Notes: generated by a model not told the origin, from the sequence alone. A stretch of DNA of 64,000 nucleotides from Octopus bimaculoides (GCF_001194135.2 NC_068989.1:77870389-77934388), one strand, 5' to 3'. Positions 13,475-26,956 are shown, counted from the first letter of the stretch. A program made the numbers and translations.

Positions 13475-14224
13475 TAATACATACATACATACATGCATAT
13501 ATATATGTATGTATGTATACATGTATATATGTATGTATGTATGTGTATATGTATGTATGTATGTATATGTATATGCATACGGCTTGAGGAAGAACGCTAC
13601 ACATAATACATAAATACACCTATGCATATAAAGACGTATACATAAAGTTGTGTGTTTTTATTCTAGCCGTATCAACACGGATTTATTTGCCTTGGGTTCT
13701 TATTTACAATATTTGATATTCTTTGTTCTGTATCATATTATGTACGCAATGCACAATGGCGGCTATTGTTAGAAAAAGTAACACAGTGTGGTGCTTTTTG
13801 TTTGTGTTCTTTTAATTTAAACAGTATTTTATAATGACATCCACTGAATTTACCTATACACTATGCGTATATGTCTAAGCTATTTTAATGAATTCAACAT
13901 ATAGTTAAAAAAACAAAAGCCCGTGTTTTTGTATACATGTAAAAGATATAATACAAAATAATTGTGAAATTAAATAATTGCTTGAGTTTCTCGGACAATG
14001 GTTTTAATGAGATAGCGTTAGTCGATAGCATCTTCTATAGGACTTGTTAGGTACTTTGTACTATCAGGTGAAAAACTCAGTGACAGGATTTCAAATAAGG
14101 ATGTAAAGACCCGGAAGATAAACCTAGGGCAATTTTAGACTCTAACTATTCGGTCAGCTCAACACTTTTAGGAGAAACAATGATAGTCATATTCAAGAAT
14201 GCAAGGCTGTTAGGGAGGGAGCTC

Positions 14225-14455
14225 TATGTGAGTTTACGATGCACATAAGCGCCTGAGATTACAGCACCTACTGAATAAAACACCTGTTTTTTTTTTCCGC
14301 CAGGTTAATCCCCACCTGCAGCTTGCAGTCATCTTTAACTTAGTGAACAGGGACGAAGTCAAATAAAGAATTATGTTCAATCGCAGGACACGTCATCCAC
14401 TACAAACAGCGAACCCTGAACCTAGCGAACATTTTTTTAACAACCTAGCCATCAA
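14225..14455 (-). mobile_element. Ancient SINE-like remnant
   Basis: Reverse complement has a B-box-like ggttcagggttcg followed by gtgtcc..gacttcgtccctgttcact.., resembling central SINE domains; highly degraded. Confidence 0.3.
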
Positions 14456-14499
14456 TTAAATAAGAACTCTTTAGCTATGAATTAATGCACTGGTCTACG

Positions 14500-15110
14500 A
14501 GGATAAATACCTCTGCTATTTCTTGTTTACACATCAAATTGAAACAGCAAATGTGTTAGCTGAATTTTTTTAAAGAATCATTTATAGTTACAACATTAAG
14601 AGTACATGTACAATTATATTACAAAACAGATTTCCTACAGTCATATAGCGTGCAATATATTTAGATTGCATGTTGTAGCAATTGAATATGTCATTACGAC
14701 AATGAATATATGTTGATTGTTTTTCTTTCTTTTAACGTATTATTACAACGTGCTGCTTTGATGAAAGGATGGCATACTTTAAAAGGAAAAACATTCCTTA
14801 CTTTGTTCAAGAGAAAATTTGAGTACTCGCGGGAATTTAGAGATTTCGAAACGAATTAACCGCTTCCTGATTTCAAATATTCAACAGAGTTTGTATTTCC
14901 CATTTGCCATATTACATCGTGTGATAATAATGACAGTTCTGCTGTAAATAGAAGAGAAAAGAAATTCATTAAAATGAAGTAGGAATTTGCAGCACCCTGC
15001 TTTAAATCAATCATAGTAAACATTTATTTACAAATAGACGTCTCCCACGCAAAACTTCTACATTTGCAGTAGCATTTATCTCGTTTTTAGGTATTAGAAA
15101 ACACAGCAAT
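14500..15110. repeat. Diverged duplicated unique block, copy 2 (paralog at 12290-12830)
   Basis: See copy 1. Both copies carry a minus-strand polypyrimidine tract ending in tttacag. Confidence 0.6.
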
Positions 15111-15810
15111 ACGCTACCACTTGCATACACTAGTGAAAACCATATAACTATTTACACCAATTGAATATTTGTATATATAGAAAAGGATAAATTCGAACCC
15201 TCTTATCTATTGTACCTAACTTAACCGTATGTAAACCGGAGAATTCGTAAATATATGATAACATTAGAAACAACGTCTAACAGTTGCACCAAGGAAACCG
15301 TTACCATAAGAATAGTTAAATCTTCCTCAAATACTTCTCTACCTTATTAAAAATCGACGCTGTGAATATTGTTTTCTTGGATTGCCTTTACGCAGATAAA
15401 AGCCTGGTCCTTAGCTGAAGTGCTTTTGATGAGAGATCTGCTACACCGGAGTTGATTTGGCGCCAAGAAATTAAAACAGACACGAGGGATTGTCACTTTT
15501 ATTTATTTTTTCATTTGTAATTACTGTTGTAATCTTCAATACTAGAAGTATTGCTGTAAAGAGCAGCACTCGAAGAAATTATGTTCAACGCAGCCCTATC
15601 AGGAAAGATATTGCGTTTTCTCTTACTACTGATGCAACTGGGGAAACACAAGTCTGAGCTACAATGTGATGTTTGAAGGTGAACCTCAAAAATATGTCGT
15701 AATGAAATGATCACATAACCAAATTCAACTATTTTTCCACCAAAGATTTTCAATGGAAGGCCCAGCAAAACATTCACTATATTCGGTATAATACTGGCCA
15801 GGTTTCCGCT

Positions 15811-15832
15811 CTTTCTTCTTCTTCTTCTTCTT

Positions 15833-15914
<82 letters not shown>
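15811..15914. repeat. Compound microsatellite (CTT)n(ATT)n next to a gap
   Basis: Direct reading. Confidence 0.95.
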
Positions 15915-16167
15915 NNNNNNNNNNNNNNNNNNNNNNNNNNNNNNNNNNNNNNNNNNNNNNNNNNNNNNNNNNNNNNNNNNNNNNNNNNNNNNNNNNNNNN
16001 NNNNNNNNNNNNNNNNNNNNNNNNNNNNNNNNNNNNNNNNNNNNNNNNNNNNNNNNNNNNNNNNNNNNNNNNNNNNNNNNNNNNNNNNNNNNNNNNNNNN
16101 NNNNNNNNNNNNNNNNNNNNNATATATATGTGTGTGTATGTATATGTGTGTGTATGTATATGTGTCT

Positions 16168-16375
16168 GTAGTTTTCCCCCCAACATCGCTTGACAACCGA
16201 TGCCGGTGTGTTTAGGTCCCCGTAACTTAGCGGTTCGGCAAAAGGGACGATAGAATAAGTACTAGGCTTACAAAGAATAAGTCCTGGGGTCGATTTGCTC
16301 GGCTAAAAGTGGTGCTCCAGCATGGTCACAGTCAAATGACTGAAACAAGTAAAAGAGTAAAAGAGTAAAAGAGCA
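16168..16375 (+). mobile_element. SINE-like repeat (family B) with (GTAAAAGA)n tail
   Basis: catcgcttgacaaccgatgccggtgtgttt..cccgtaacttagcggttcggcaaaa...gaataagtcctggggtcgatttg...ccagcatgg...gactgaaacaagtaaaagagtaaaagag; the same sequence recurs at 20295, 22595, 22915 and 35085. Confidence 0.85.
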
Positions 16376-16640
16376 GGGAGCTGGCGGAATCGTTAGCACA
16401 GCAAGCAAAATGGCTAGCAGCCATTCGCCCTTATGTAGGTTTTTAAGGTTTGGAGCTGGCGAAATCTTTAGCACGATGGACAGAATGCTTAGTGGTATTT
16501 CGACCATCACTACGTTCTGAGTTCGAATTCTACCGAGCGCAACTTTGCCTTTCATCCTTTCGTAATCTATAAAATGAGTACCGGTTAAGCACTGGGGCCG
16601 ATGTAATCGACTTATCCACTCATCCACACAATTTCGAGTC
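16376..16640 (+). mobile_element. tRNA-derived SINE (family A) with duplicated head, followed by (ATT)n(GTT)n
   Basis: Two successive gagctggc..aatc.ttagcac heads (16377, 16452), B box gagttcgaattc, core gcctttcatcctttcg. Confidence 0.85.
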
Positions 16641-16655
16641 TTCTGATTATCATCA

Positions 16656-16702
<47 letters not shown>

Positions 16703-17511
16703 GTTGTTGTTGTTGTTGTCGTTGTTGTTGTTGTTGCTGTTATTGTTGTTGTTATCCCATTACTACCACAACTACTACTGTTACTCCTACTTTTCGATCG
16801 TTTCTTCCCTCATTTTCTTTTCGTTTTTTTCTCTTCACTGTCTTTCCTCTCCAACTACTAATTCACTTCTTGTCTTCTCCACTATTTTCTTTCAGACACT
16901 TATGATGCGAAAGATTTGGGTAGAAAAAAAAAAAACGAAGGATGGAGACAGTGGTAGCTGAATAAATTCTAACTGGAAAAGTAGGAAATAGCTCAACAGT
17001 ATTTGAAATGTTGATATTGGAAAAGTTCAAAAGCGTTGAAGAGAGCAGTGGAACATAGAAAATGTTGAAAAGAAACATTGATCTACAGAGACTAAAATGT
17101 TTTCTATTCAACACATGATAGAATATGAAACCTGGTAGAGAGACTGTGATATGTACGGAAGAAAATAAATCATTGGAATAGATGCTGAAAAAACTATGGT
17201 TGACGATAAGGCGTTTGTAACTCAAAAAGAGCAATAACGTGTGTGGTTTAAGTAAAATCAACAGGTAGTAGCATGATCAAGTTATAGGAACTTTTAACCA
17301 AAATGAGGTGGAAGTGTCTAGAGGCTTGTTTCTGCCAAAGAATCCTGGGGTTATAATCTGTTGGTAGGTAATGCATTTATATCTCAAAGTGCTCAAGTGT
17401 AATTATGTTCATCAAGCAGCTTCATGCGTATTACATTATGACACAATTTGTTTTAATGCATACATAGACACCTACGTGCCTACAAGCATCCATCCATACA
17501 CACACACGCAC

Positions 17512-17544
<33 letters not shown>

Positions 17545-17598
17545 CATACATACATACGTACATACATGCATGCATACATACATACATACATACATATT

Positions 17599-18080
17599 GG
17601 GAATGTCCACACAAACTGTGATATCCACAGGCTCTACGAAAGAAGGCATAAAGGAGGTACAGGCTTGGGAACAATGAAAACAGGCTTCGAGTGCCGTACA
17701 ATCTCTCCTAGGTTTTTCTATACACCAGCAGTAAAAAGAAATACATTAAATTCGGGCTGAAAAGTGAAGCGAACAATATCCTACTTGTCTGAAGTTTCTT
17801 TTTCGGGAAGTATTTTCCCCATGATGATCTCCCATACAGCCACAAAACAGGTGGAGTAATATACCTGAAAGAAGACCTGAATGCGAAACGCTCAACATGG
17901 CAAAAAAGAAAAAAAGAAAGAAAAGACCATGCATGTGTATGTTTCCGAAGACTTGAAAACAGAGTTGCGATGAGCACAGGAGAAATGCGAAAGAAGGTCT
18001 GCTTATGACTGATTTGAAATTAGGTACAATGGCCGCATATTTAATGGAAAGGGAACGTCGATCAATAAAATTAACACTTG
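17599..18080 (+). mobile_element. R4/Dong-type retrotransposon fragment (RT C-terminal region)
   Basis: GNVHTNCDIHRLYERRHKGGTGLGTMKTGFECRTIS resembles the HPKADVDRLY..RKEGGRGL motif; downstream W.K..MH-like residue. The extent beyond about 17760 is uncertain. Confidence 0.6.
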
Positions 18081-19155
18081 TGTTATAGTGGTGATTGGAT
18101 TCATTGATAACGGGAAGACGTAAAGGAAATTTCCTCTTAGAGTGTTTTGAACACACAGTGTGAAAAACCTGTAGAAATTACACAAATCGTTTTGTTCAAG
18201 TGTCTAATTCTTACATCGTAATTATGTAGACATCTCATAAAGAATCTACTTCAAGACTGTTATCTGTTTGAAGACACAGATTCAAAAATATGGCGTCAAT
18301 TTGAAACTGTAATGGCTGTGCGGAACAGTAGAATGCAGACGACGCGTGTGCAAAGAGATAATTTTGTAATATATCAAACGGGTTTTACGTTTCAGATTTA
18401 TCCAAAAAATCCATTATTTCTCTCCGTAGGCAACTTAGCGTTTCGGAAACATTTCAGAAATTCACATCTCATCCAATTACATTCTGAAAGTTATTTTTAG
18501 TATTTTATCCCATCCAAGCAAAGAATTACGATTAAATATCGACAAATGTGAAAATTAAGTTATAGAATGTATTTGATCTTAAAATAGCAATTGTTCATTT
18601 ACTGAAATTTAACTCGGTTTGCCACAAATACGGATGGAAGCTACGTAATTATCAAACATGGTAATATCTTAATATCCATAATGAAATATCTGAAACAATG
18701 AAGATGAGCACATGGAAATTTCCATTAGCTCTATGTTAAAATCAAAGAATTTTCTACAAATATATTTCAAACGCATTTATTAACGTTTTTTTAATTTTTC
18801 AATTAAATCTAATCATTTTCTCAGGTTTAGATTTAGCGTCGTAACATGTAAAAGCAGTTATGTGAAATTCTAATTGAATGTTTTTGAAAATAATAAAAAC
18901 ATATTATCAATCTAAAAAAATATTTTAAGTAGCACGTTTGAATCTAATATATTTCTGTTTCATGTACATGTCATATTTTCATCTCCACGCTATTCTTTCG
19001 GCTTTCCAATCCCAGTAAGGCTGATTTAAATTTTCGTCTCTATGGGGTCAGAAAAGATATAATTTCAATAAAGCATAGTACTCGGTATATTCCACTGACT
19101 CGTGTCATTAAATTGTTGGTCACTCCTGCCTATATTAAAGGTTGTTGTTGTTATT

Positions 19156-19233
<78 letters not shown>

Positions 19234-19754
19234 GTTAAGTAGTTTTATTTTTATAACGTGCTTTCACTTCACTACCGAGCGCAGCTCTGTGCGCCTTGGG
19301 TATGTGCTGTGGTTTGCTGTGGTGCTCTTATGTTTACTGTATTGAAAGTGTTTTGNNNNNNNNNNNNNNNNNNNNNNNNNNNNNNNNNNNNNNNNNNNNN
19401 NNNNNNNNNNNNNNNNNNNNNNNNNNNNNNNNNNNNNNNNNNNNNNNNNNNNNNNNNNNNNNNNNNNNNNNNNNNNNNNNNNNNNNNNNNNNNNNNNNNN
19501 NNNNNNNNNNNNNNNNNNNNNNNNNNNNNNNNNNNNNNNNNNNNNNNNNNNNNNNNNNNNNNNNNNNNNNNNNNNNNNNNNNNNNNNNNNNNNNNNNNNN
19601 NNNNNNNNNNNNNNNNNNNNNNNNNNNNNNNNNNNNNNNNNNNNNNNNNNNNNNNNNNNNNNNNNNNNNNNNNNNNNNNNNNNNNNNNNNNNNNNNNNNN
19701 NNNNNNNNNNNNNNNNNNNNNNNNNNNNNNNNNNNNNNNNNNNNNNNNNNNNNN

Positions 19755-19903
<149 letters not shown>

Positions 19904-19904
19904 C

Positions 19905-20127
19905 ATGAAGGCGGTGAGCTAGCAAAATCGTTAGCACGGTGGACGAAATGCCTAGCGGTATTTCACCCGTCACTACGTTCAGAGTTCAAATTTTGCCGAG
20001 GTCGACTTCGTCTTTCATCCTTTCGGGGTTGATAAATTAAGTACTCGTTATGCTTTGGGGTCGATGTAATCGCCTTACCCAACTCTTCTAATGTTCAAGC
20101 CTTATGCTTATAGTAGAAAGGATTATT
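19905..20127 (+). mobile_element. tRNA-derived SINE (family A)
   Basis: aaggcggtgagctagcaaaatcgttagcacg...gagttcaaatttt...tttcatcctttcggggttgataaattaagtac...gtagaaaggattatt. Confidence 0.9.
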
Positions 20128-20294
20128 ACTGTTTGTTTTCCTCTTTTTCTTTTGCAGTTAGTCCTGTTCTTAATCTTTTCGACCCAAAACGTCTGAGTGG
20201 ATTTGGTAGAGGGAAACTGAGAGAAAACCGTAGTGTATATATATATTTATATATATGTGTGTGTGTGTATGTGTTTATCTTGATGTCTGTGTTT

Positions 20295-20470
20295 GTCCTC
20301 CGCCACCATCGCTAGACAACTGATGTTGGCGTATTTACGTCCCTGTAATGTAGTTGTTTCTGCAACAGAGGCCGATAGAATGAATACCAGGTTTACAAAG
20401 AATAAGTCCCGGGGTTGATTTCTTCGACTACAAGGCCGCATTCAAATGATTGAAACAAGCAAAGGAATAA
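20295..20470 (+). mobile_element. SINE-like repeat (family B)
   Basis: ccaccatcgctagacaactgatgttggc...aaagaataagtcc...gattgaaacaagcaaaagga. Confidence 0.75.
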
Positions 20471-21782
20471 TGTTGTGGTGAAATACTAAATAGAGGCTGA
20501 TATGTGTAAACTTCTTCCCTGGTACCATAATGTACTCATTTCTCAGAGAGATAAACAAATGAGGCTGGGCGGGAATGAGCGGCACTTAATTAAATAAGCT
20601 ATAAGAGACGAAAAGCAGTATGGGCCTCAGTAGGGTATGAACTTTGAAGAAGTAAATGAAGTGAGAAATATCACATGGTGTTCTATTTGGCATTATTTCT
20701 AAATACCCCTCCACACGACCCCAAGTTATTGCCTTGGTTGTAATTTGGGATCATGTAAGTAAAGATTAATAGAAGGCTACTTCATACCAGTAATAGGAGC
20801 CCGCAGATGAGCTATATCGCTTTCGGCATAAAACTGATGTAATGACAGCAACAGTAAATGTCTGCATAACACGAAATATTTGCTTAATAATACGGACTAT
20901 ATACGCTCTGGATTCTACGTTTTACGGTCTTTTCTTTAGCTTTCAATAAGTTATTGTTAATAACTTATTAAGTGTTGTGGTTCACTGAAATTTACAAATT
21001 TATTCTGAGAAAAGTGTCGTTTCCTAAGATTAAATTTGCAACCATTAACAGCCAAACTGTAACCTATTCAAATCTTGTATTTCGGTTGCTACGTTAATAC
21101 CGCTTTATATTCCGATTTTACAAGGTATTATATTTCAATGCGTAGATATAAGAGGTTGAGACGTTCTCCACTTTCTCGATTTATTCCTTGTATAAGGCGC
21201 TTTAATTATTCTCTTGTTTATTACATTATTCTTTATTATATCATTATTGAACATTCATGTTCTACCTACATAGCTTTAACGACGTTCTTAATGTACTGGC
21301 CAATGACACTAATATGGAATAATTACACACATTATAGAGCATAGAATTAAGTAATATGCCATGAACGCAACCGCTGAGAATCTAATATAATTTAAATTTC
21401 AATAAAATAAGAATTTTCTATTTACAGCCCAACTGCAGATATGAAATACTATACTTAACATAATGGTAAGCATATTCAAATCTATTGAGGAAATTATATG
21501 TAGTAGTTCGATCTAAATCGAAATCAAATCATACGTCTTAAAAGTGAAATGAAAATTCCATTAATACTTCAACTTCCCTTTTAGAAACGTGTATAATCAT
21601 TCCGATGAAGAATGCAGCCACGGCGACTATTTTCAGTACATACGGGGGAGTACGTTATCATTAAACCGAAGTTTAAAAATGCTCTCTTTAATGCGCTATC
21701 TCTATCTTTCCCTCACGTTCTCTCACTCTCCTTTTCTCTTTCTTCCTATCTCTCTCTTTCTCTTTCTCGCTATGTGTGTGTC

Positions 21783-21818
<36 letters not shown>

Positions 21819-22109
21819 NNNNNNNNNNNNNNNNNNNNNNNNNNNNNNNNNNNNNNNNNNNNNNNNNNNNNNNNNNNNNNNNNNNNNNNNNNNNNNNNNN
21901 NNNNNNNNNNNNNNNNNNNNNNNNNNNNNNNNNNNNNNNNNNNNNNNNNNNNNNNNNNNNNNNNNNNNNNNNNNNNNNNNNNNNNNNNNNNNNNNNNNNN
22001 NNNNNNNNNNNNNNNNNNNNNNNNNNNNNNNNNNNNNNNNNNNNNNNNNNNNNNNNNNNNNNNNNNNNNNNNNNNNNNNNNNNNNNNNNNNNNNNNNNNN
22101 NNNNNNNNN

Positions 22110-22147
<38 letters not shown>

Positions 22148-22149
<2 letters not shown>

Positions 22150-22240
22150 TTTATTCTTTTATTTGTTTCAGTCATGAAACTGCGGCCATGCTAGAGCACC
22201 GCTTTAAAGAGTTTTTTAGTCGAAGAAATCGATCCCAGGA
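22148..22240 (-). mobile_element. SINE-like repeat (family B) 3' fragment
   Basis: cttttatttgtttcagtcat..ctgcggccatgctagagcaccgctttaaag..ttagtcgaagaaatcgatcccagga. Confidence 0.75.
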
Positions 22241-22354
22241 TTAATATATATACATATATATGTGTGTCTGTGTGTGTGTGGCTGTGTGTGTGTGCGTGTG
22301 TGCATGCATGTATGTATGTATGCATGTATGTATGTATGTATGTATGTATGTATA

Positions 22355-22460
22355 GGCGCCGACGTGGCTTTGTGGTAGGACGCTTCCTTCACAACCACAT
22401 AGTTCCGAATCAGTCCCACTGCGTGGCACCTTAGGTGCGTCAAGCGTCCTCTAATATAGA
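22355..22460 (+). mobile_element. tRNA-derived SINE (family C) 5' part
   Basis: ggcgccgacgtggctttgtggtag (A box) ..ccacatagttccg..cagtcccactgcgtggcacctt; same family as 23885-24058. Confidence 0.75.
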
Positions 22461-22594
22461 TTCCAACTAAAGACTCATCAGTGTAACTGGGAGATGGAAA
22501 TTGAAAGAAAACATCGTTCTATATGTGTGTCTAAGGGGAGTATATGTGGTGGTGGTGGTGGGGGGGGGTGTATGTCTGTGTCTTTGTATCCTGC

Positions 22595-22795
22595 CCCACT
22601 CCTATCGCTTGACAACATATTCTGGTGTGTTTATATCACGGTATCTTAACGGTTCGGCAAAGGAATCGGTAGACTAAGTACTAGGCTTATAAAGAATAAT
22701 TCCTGGGGTCGATTTCTTCGACTAAAACTTTTTAAGGTATTTCCCCCAGCATGGCCGCAGTCATAAGACTGAAACAAATAAAAAAAATTACCGGC
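22595..22795 (+). mobile_element. SINE-like repeat (family B)
   Basis: Full family B sequence, atcgcttgacaac through gactgaaacaaataaaa. Confidence 0.85.
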
Positions 22796-22914
22796 ATCTG
22801 TTTTGACGGGAGAATGTTGAAGCTGGTGTATTATGCACCAGTTTCTGCTATTCTAACATCCGATTCCTGTTCATACCTCTCGTCACTCGTGAATTCCGCC
22901 CCGAGATACTTTAA

Positions 22915-23090
22915 TACTCTTTTCCTTGTATCTGTCATTTTGACTGTGGCCATGCTGGATCAACGCCTTAAAGGGATTTAAACGAAGAAGCCAACCCAAG
23001 GACTTATTCTTTCTAAGCCTAGTATTTATTCTATCAGCGCCTTTTGCAGATATAAACACACCAGCACCGTTTTTCAAGCGGTGGAGGAGG
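22915..23090 (-). mobile_element. SINE-like repeat (family B), inverted relative to 22595-22795
   Basis: tgtcattttgactgtggccatgctgg..gccttaaagg..ggacttattcttt.taagcctagta...aacacaccagca. Confidence 0.8.
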
Positions 23091-23168
23091 GATAAACACA
23101 GACACAAAAACACACACAAATATATATATATTGCGTATATGTATATAAAGTTCTATATAAATACGGAT

Positions 23169-23220
23169 AAGATTGTTATTTTAAATAACGATCAAATCAA
23201 GTGGCTGCATATGAAGAAAA
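23169..23220. repeat. Short palindromic repeat embedded in (TA)n; copies at 33-78, 23169-23220 and 23829-23885
   Basis: aagat(c/t)gttatt.taaataacgatcaaatcaagtggc.gca; internal 10-bp stem gatcgttatt/aataacgatc. Confidence 0.7.
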
Positions 23221-23884
23221 GACTTATAGGTTATAATTATTATTAAAATATAATTTTAATATGTAAGAGATACCACCATATGTAAGAGATACCACCATAC
23301 TTGAAATAGTAGTCAAAACCTGACTTTAAAAACCACGTGAAGTGTTCAATACAGTACAAAGTGAAGAGAGAAATAGATAAATAAANNNNNNNNNNNNNNN
23401 NNNNNNNNNNNNNNNNNNNNNNNNNNNNNNNNNNNNNNNNNNNNNNNNNNNNNNNNNNNNNNNNNNNNNNNNNNNNNNNNNNNNNNNNNNNNNNNNNNNN
23501 NNNNNNNNNNNNNNNNNNNNNNNNNNNNNNNNNNNNNNNNNNNNNNNNNNNNNNNNNNNNNNNNNNNNNNNNNNNNNNNNNNNNNNNNNNNNNNNNNNNN
23601 NNNNNNNNNNNNNNNNNNNNNNNNNNNNNNNNNNNNNNNNNNNNNNNNATATATATATATATATATATATACACACAAACATACGAATACTCACGTTATA
23701 TACTCATGTATTTACAACGACCAGTTCAGTTAGCCATCCAGACACCGTGTGCTGTATGGTCAAAATACCACCGCAGTGAATATAATAATAAAGTGAATAT
23801 ATATATAAATCTCTATGTAAATAAGAATAAGATCGTTATTCTAAATAACGATCAAATCAAGGGACAGCAGTATGGGAAGAAAAG

Positions 23885-24058
23885 CCTTACGACGGGCTTT
23901 CAGTTTCTGTCTTACAAATTCAAATCCACTCACAAGGTTTTGGTCGGCACGGAGCTATAGTAGAAGACACTTGACCAAGGTGATATGCAGTTGGACTGAA
24001 CTCAGAACGATGTGGTTGGGAAGCAAGCTTCTTAACACACAGCCACGACTGCGCCTAA
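23885..24058 (-). mobile_element. tRNA-derived SINE (family C)
   Basis: Reverse complement: ggcgcagtcgtggctgtgtgttaagaagcttgcttcccaaccacat..ttcagtcc..caccttggtcaagtgtcttctactatagc. Confidence 0.85.
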
Positions 24059-24600
24059 TAACTGACATAAATAAGAAATTTAGAAGAGATTCACTATGAA
24101 TGAAATAAGATTAATAATGTAAACACAATATTTCAGTACAAATGATGAGCAGAAATAAAGTAGTTGGGAATCTGTTGATTTATGATTTGTTGACTGCTCC
24201 TCAGAGATGACGTATATAACAAACTGTTTATCATATATTTTGCAAATGGCACTCCCAGTAACAAATAAAACTACCAGCGATACTTTTAAGACAAATTAGG
24301 CTTGTAAAAAGAAATTTATAATCTTCTTAAATGTATTCAATGAACTTCGTCTTACTCTTTGAATAGTTTCATGCATATAAAGGAAAAGAAACATTGATAT
24401 TATATATATATAAACATTANNNNNNNNNNNNNNNNNNNNNNNNNNNNNNNNNNNNNNNNNNNNNNNNNNNNNNNNNNNNNNNNNNNNNNNNNNNNNNNNN
24501 NNNNNNNNNNNNNNNNNNNNNNNNNNNNNNNNNNNNNNNNNNNNNNNNNNNNNNNNNNNNNNNNNNNNNNNNNNNNNNNNNNNNNNNNNNNNNNNNNNNN

Positions 24601-24641
<41 letters not shown>

Positions 24642-24814
24642 GTGTGTGTGTGTATGTATATATATATGTATATATATATATACATTACTCTTTTAATCTT
24701 TTACTAGTTCCATCTATGCGGCTGCGGTCATGCTGGGTCACCACCGTGGTTTTCCTGATTTCCTGAGTCTGGGTGTTTCACATCACCACTCCTGTATGTT
24801 CCTCTGTCACAGCT

Positions 24815-26170
24815 GTTGAAACATTTGGTGTATAATGGAGTTTGATTCCGTTCTCCTCGTCTGCACCTCATATCAGGCTCTTGGTTCATCCCGTATTATG
24901 GAAAGGCGGATGTCTAGTTCCTTTTTGAAGACATCTACTTCCACCTTATACAGATTTTTTTTAAATGTTTGTGACAAGGCATTGAAGAGCTGTTGGCCTT
25001 TGATCCCTAGATTATTGCAGTGCGTGGTTGTAAATTTAGATAGAGTCGATGGTACTATAAATTGACAGCCACTTCTGGCATCTGTATAAAATGCCGAAAT
25101 TAGGTACTAGCTCTTGTAGAGTTGTCTATATGTAGATTATTACATAGCTGTCGCGCCTTTGCTCCAGGGGTGAAACTTGCAGTTTTCTCAGCCTAGCCCG
25201 TAGCCTATCCACTGCACTGTTTCAATCGTTTTAGTGTAGTGGTGTTGGGCTCCTTCAAGCACTGCTGTTAGTTTGGCACTATGTGGTGACCATAACTCGG
25301 AGAAGTAGTCCAGGCGGCTGAGAACAAAGGTTCTCCTCAGGGTCAACACAGTTTGTTGGCCTATTGTCTTGAAGGACCTCAGTATCCATCCTACCGTCGA
25401 CTGCACTATGCTACCATCTTGTTGATGTGCATATAAAATGATGTGTCATTGCACATACTGATCTCCAATTCTTTCATTGCTTATGACTCTGCAATTGTAG
25501 TGCTTTCGGGTTCTGTATATGCGGGCTGTAGAGCATTCGTGTATTAGTAGCGCAGTGATGGAAATTTTCTAGCATTAAACTGCAAGTTATTTATTTCGGC
25601 CCCTCTTGTATAGCGAATTCAGATCCCGCTCTGAATCTGCGACGTCATCTTCATTTTTTTTATTGCCTGTAATAATGTTGCATCATCAGCACAGCTAGTG
25701 ACTGTCTGAGTGAGCGTGGACATGTTTAACAATGCTATTATGAACAGTAAGTGCTGTATATGTGTTTTTTCTTTCATATCAAAGGAATAAGTGAGATACA
25801 CTTTTCATTATTCGTAGTTATTCCACTTAGCGGATATTGATTTATACAGTTCTCTGATTTAGAAGCGGAACAATCACTTGATGAGCATGGGTCGTGCATA
25901 AAGAGGAAAGTGAAGCTGTATTTGGTTATTCGTTGTTTGTAGCGAGTTTTATTTCTATTGCGGAGAGCCTAATTTGAGGGAGTTTGTATGCGTTGTCTAT
26001 TGTGAGTTTGATACTCTAGTGGATGGAAGTAGCTATACACAGCATACTTTTTAAGGTACTGTGCTGTAGCTCTTGGATATTGTCCATCTGAAAGGGAGTT
26101 TTCCCCAAGTTTTATGTTGTTTACACATCGGCTGTACATAATTAAGCTGGAGTACTTGTCTTCCAAATAT
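24815..26170 (-). mobile_element. CR1-group LINE remnant (RT and C-terminal region), internally deleted
   Basis: LLFIIALLNMSTLTQTVTSCADD (YADD-like), GWILRSFKT..TLRRTFVLSRLDYFSELWSPHSAKLTAVLEGAQ, and the terminal LGIKGQQLFNAL..VDVFKKELDIRLSII.DEP. The part above about 25800 is less certain. Confidence 0.8.
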
Positions 26171-26956
26171 GAAGAGGTTAGCCTTTAAGAGCAGGTCTTT
26201 ATGTGGAATGTTATCAATGGAATCCCTGAAATAAAGCTATATTTATTAGAAATTATTAACATTCAACTGTTTCAACAACTTGGTTGTATATGATAAAGAT
26301 CCTAGTAATCTATATGGAATATGGTGTTAACGTAGACTGGCACTCGAATAGATATTGTTGATACATATATTTTATTAAAGGCAAAATGAAGGTAGTAATT
26401 TAAAGCATAAATAAAGCTAGTAATTTAAAACATAAGGAAAACCCGACTGGAAAAGTGTTTTCATATCATCAGCCACACAGAAGTCATACAAGTTGCGAAA
26501 AATAAGATGAGTTTACTGCATTCATGTTTGAAATAATCACATTTCTTGGCTAATATCAATTTTATCGAGCTAACATTTATACGATAATCTCTTTAAGTAG
26601 TTCAGTGATTTATTAGGTTTATAATTGTGTCTAGTGTTCCAAATATGAAGTGAATAAGAAACAAATCCTACTTTTGATTGACCGCCAGATTATCAGCGAC
26701 TGCTTACAAATCTAGTGAATTATGCCACTTAGAATAGAACTATACACAGTCTTAAAAGATATGGTGTGAGTGTGAGTATTTGACAGAAACTTAAGTCCCC
26801 ACTTCGTACAAAAGGACTGTAATAATTTGGTCATTTTGATATTGTAGACACTTACGATCTTGTATATTTAAATTAACAAGCTGCTCCTATAGAAAACCTG
26901 CTGATGTTTTGAGTACTATAGCGTTCGTTGAACTTTATAGCTAAAGGCACATTAAA

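Noticed and set aside
13756-13783. cacaATGGCGGCT..AAA|GTAACA candidate start exon (MAAIVRK)
   Set aside because: The nearest compatible acceptor (15090) reaches a stop after 24 codons, and there is no supporting homology.
15511-15777. 88-aa minus ORF and a hydrophobic plus-strand frame
   Set aside because: No recognisable domain, no ATG for the plus frame and no convincing splice sites.
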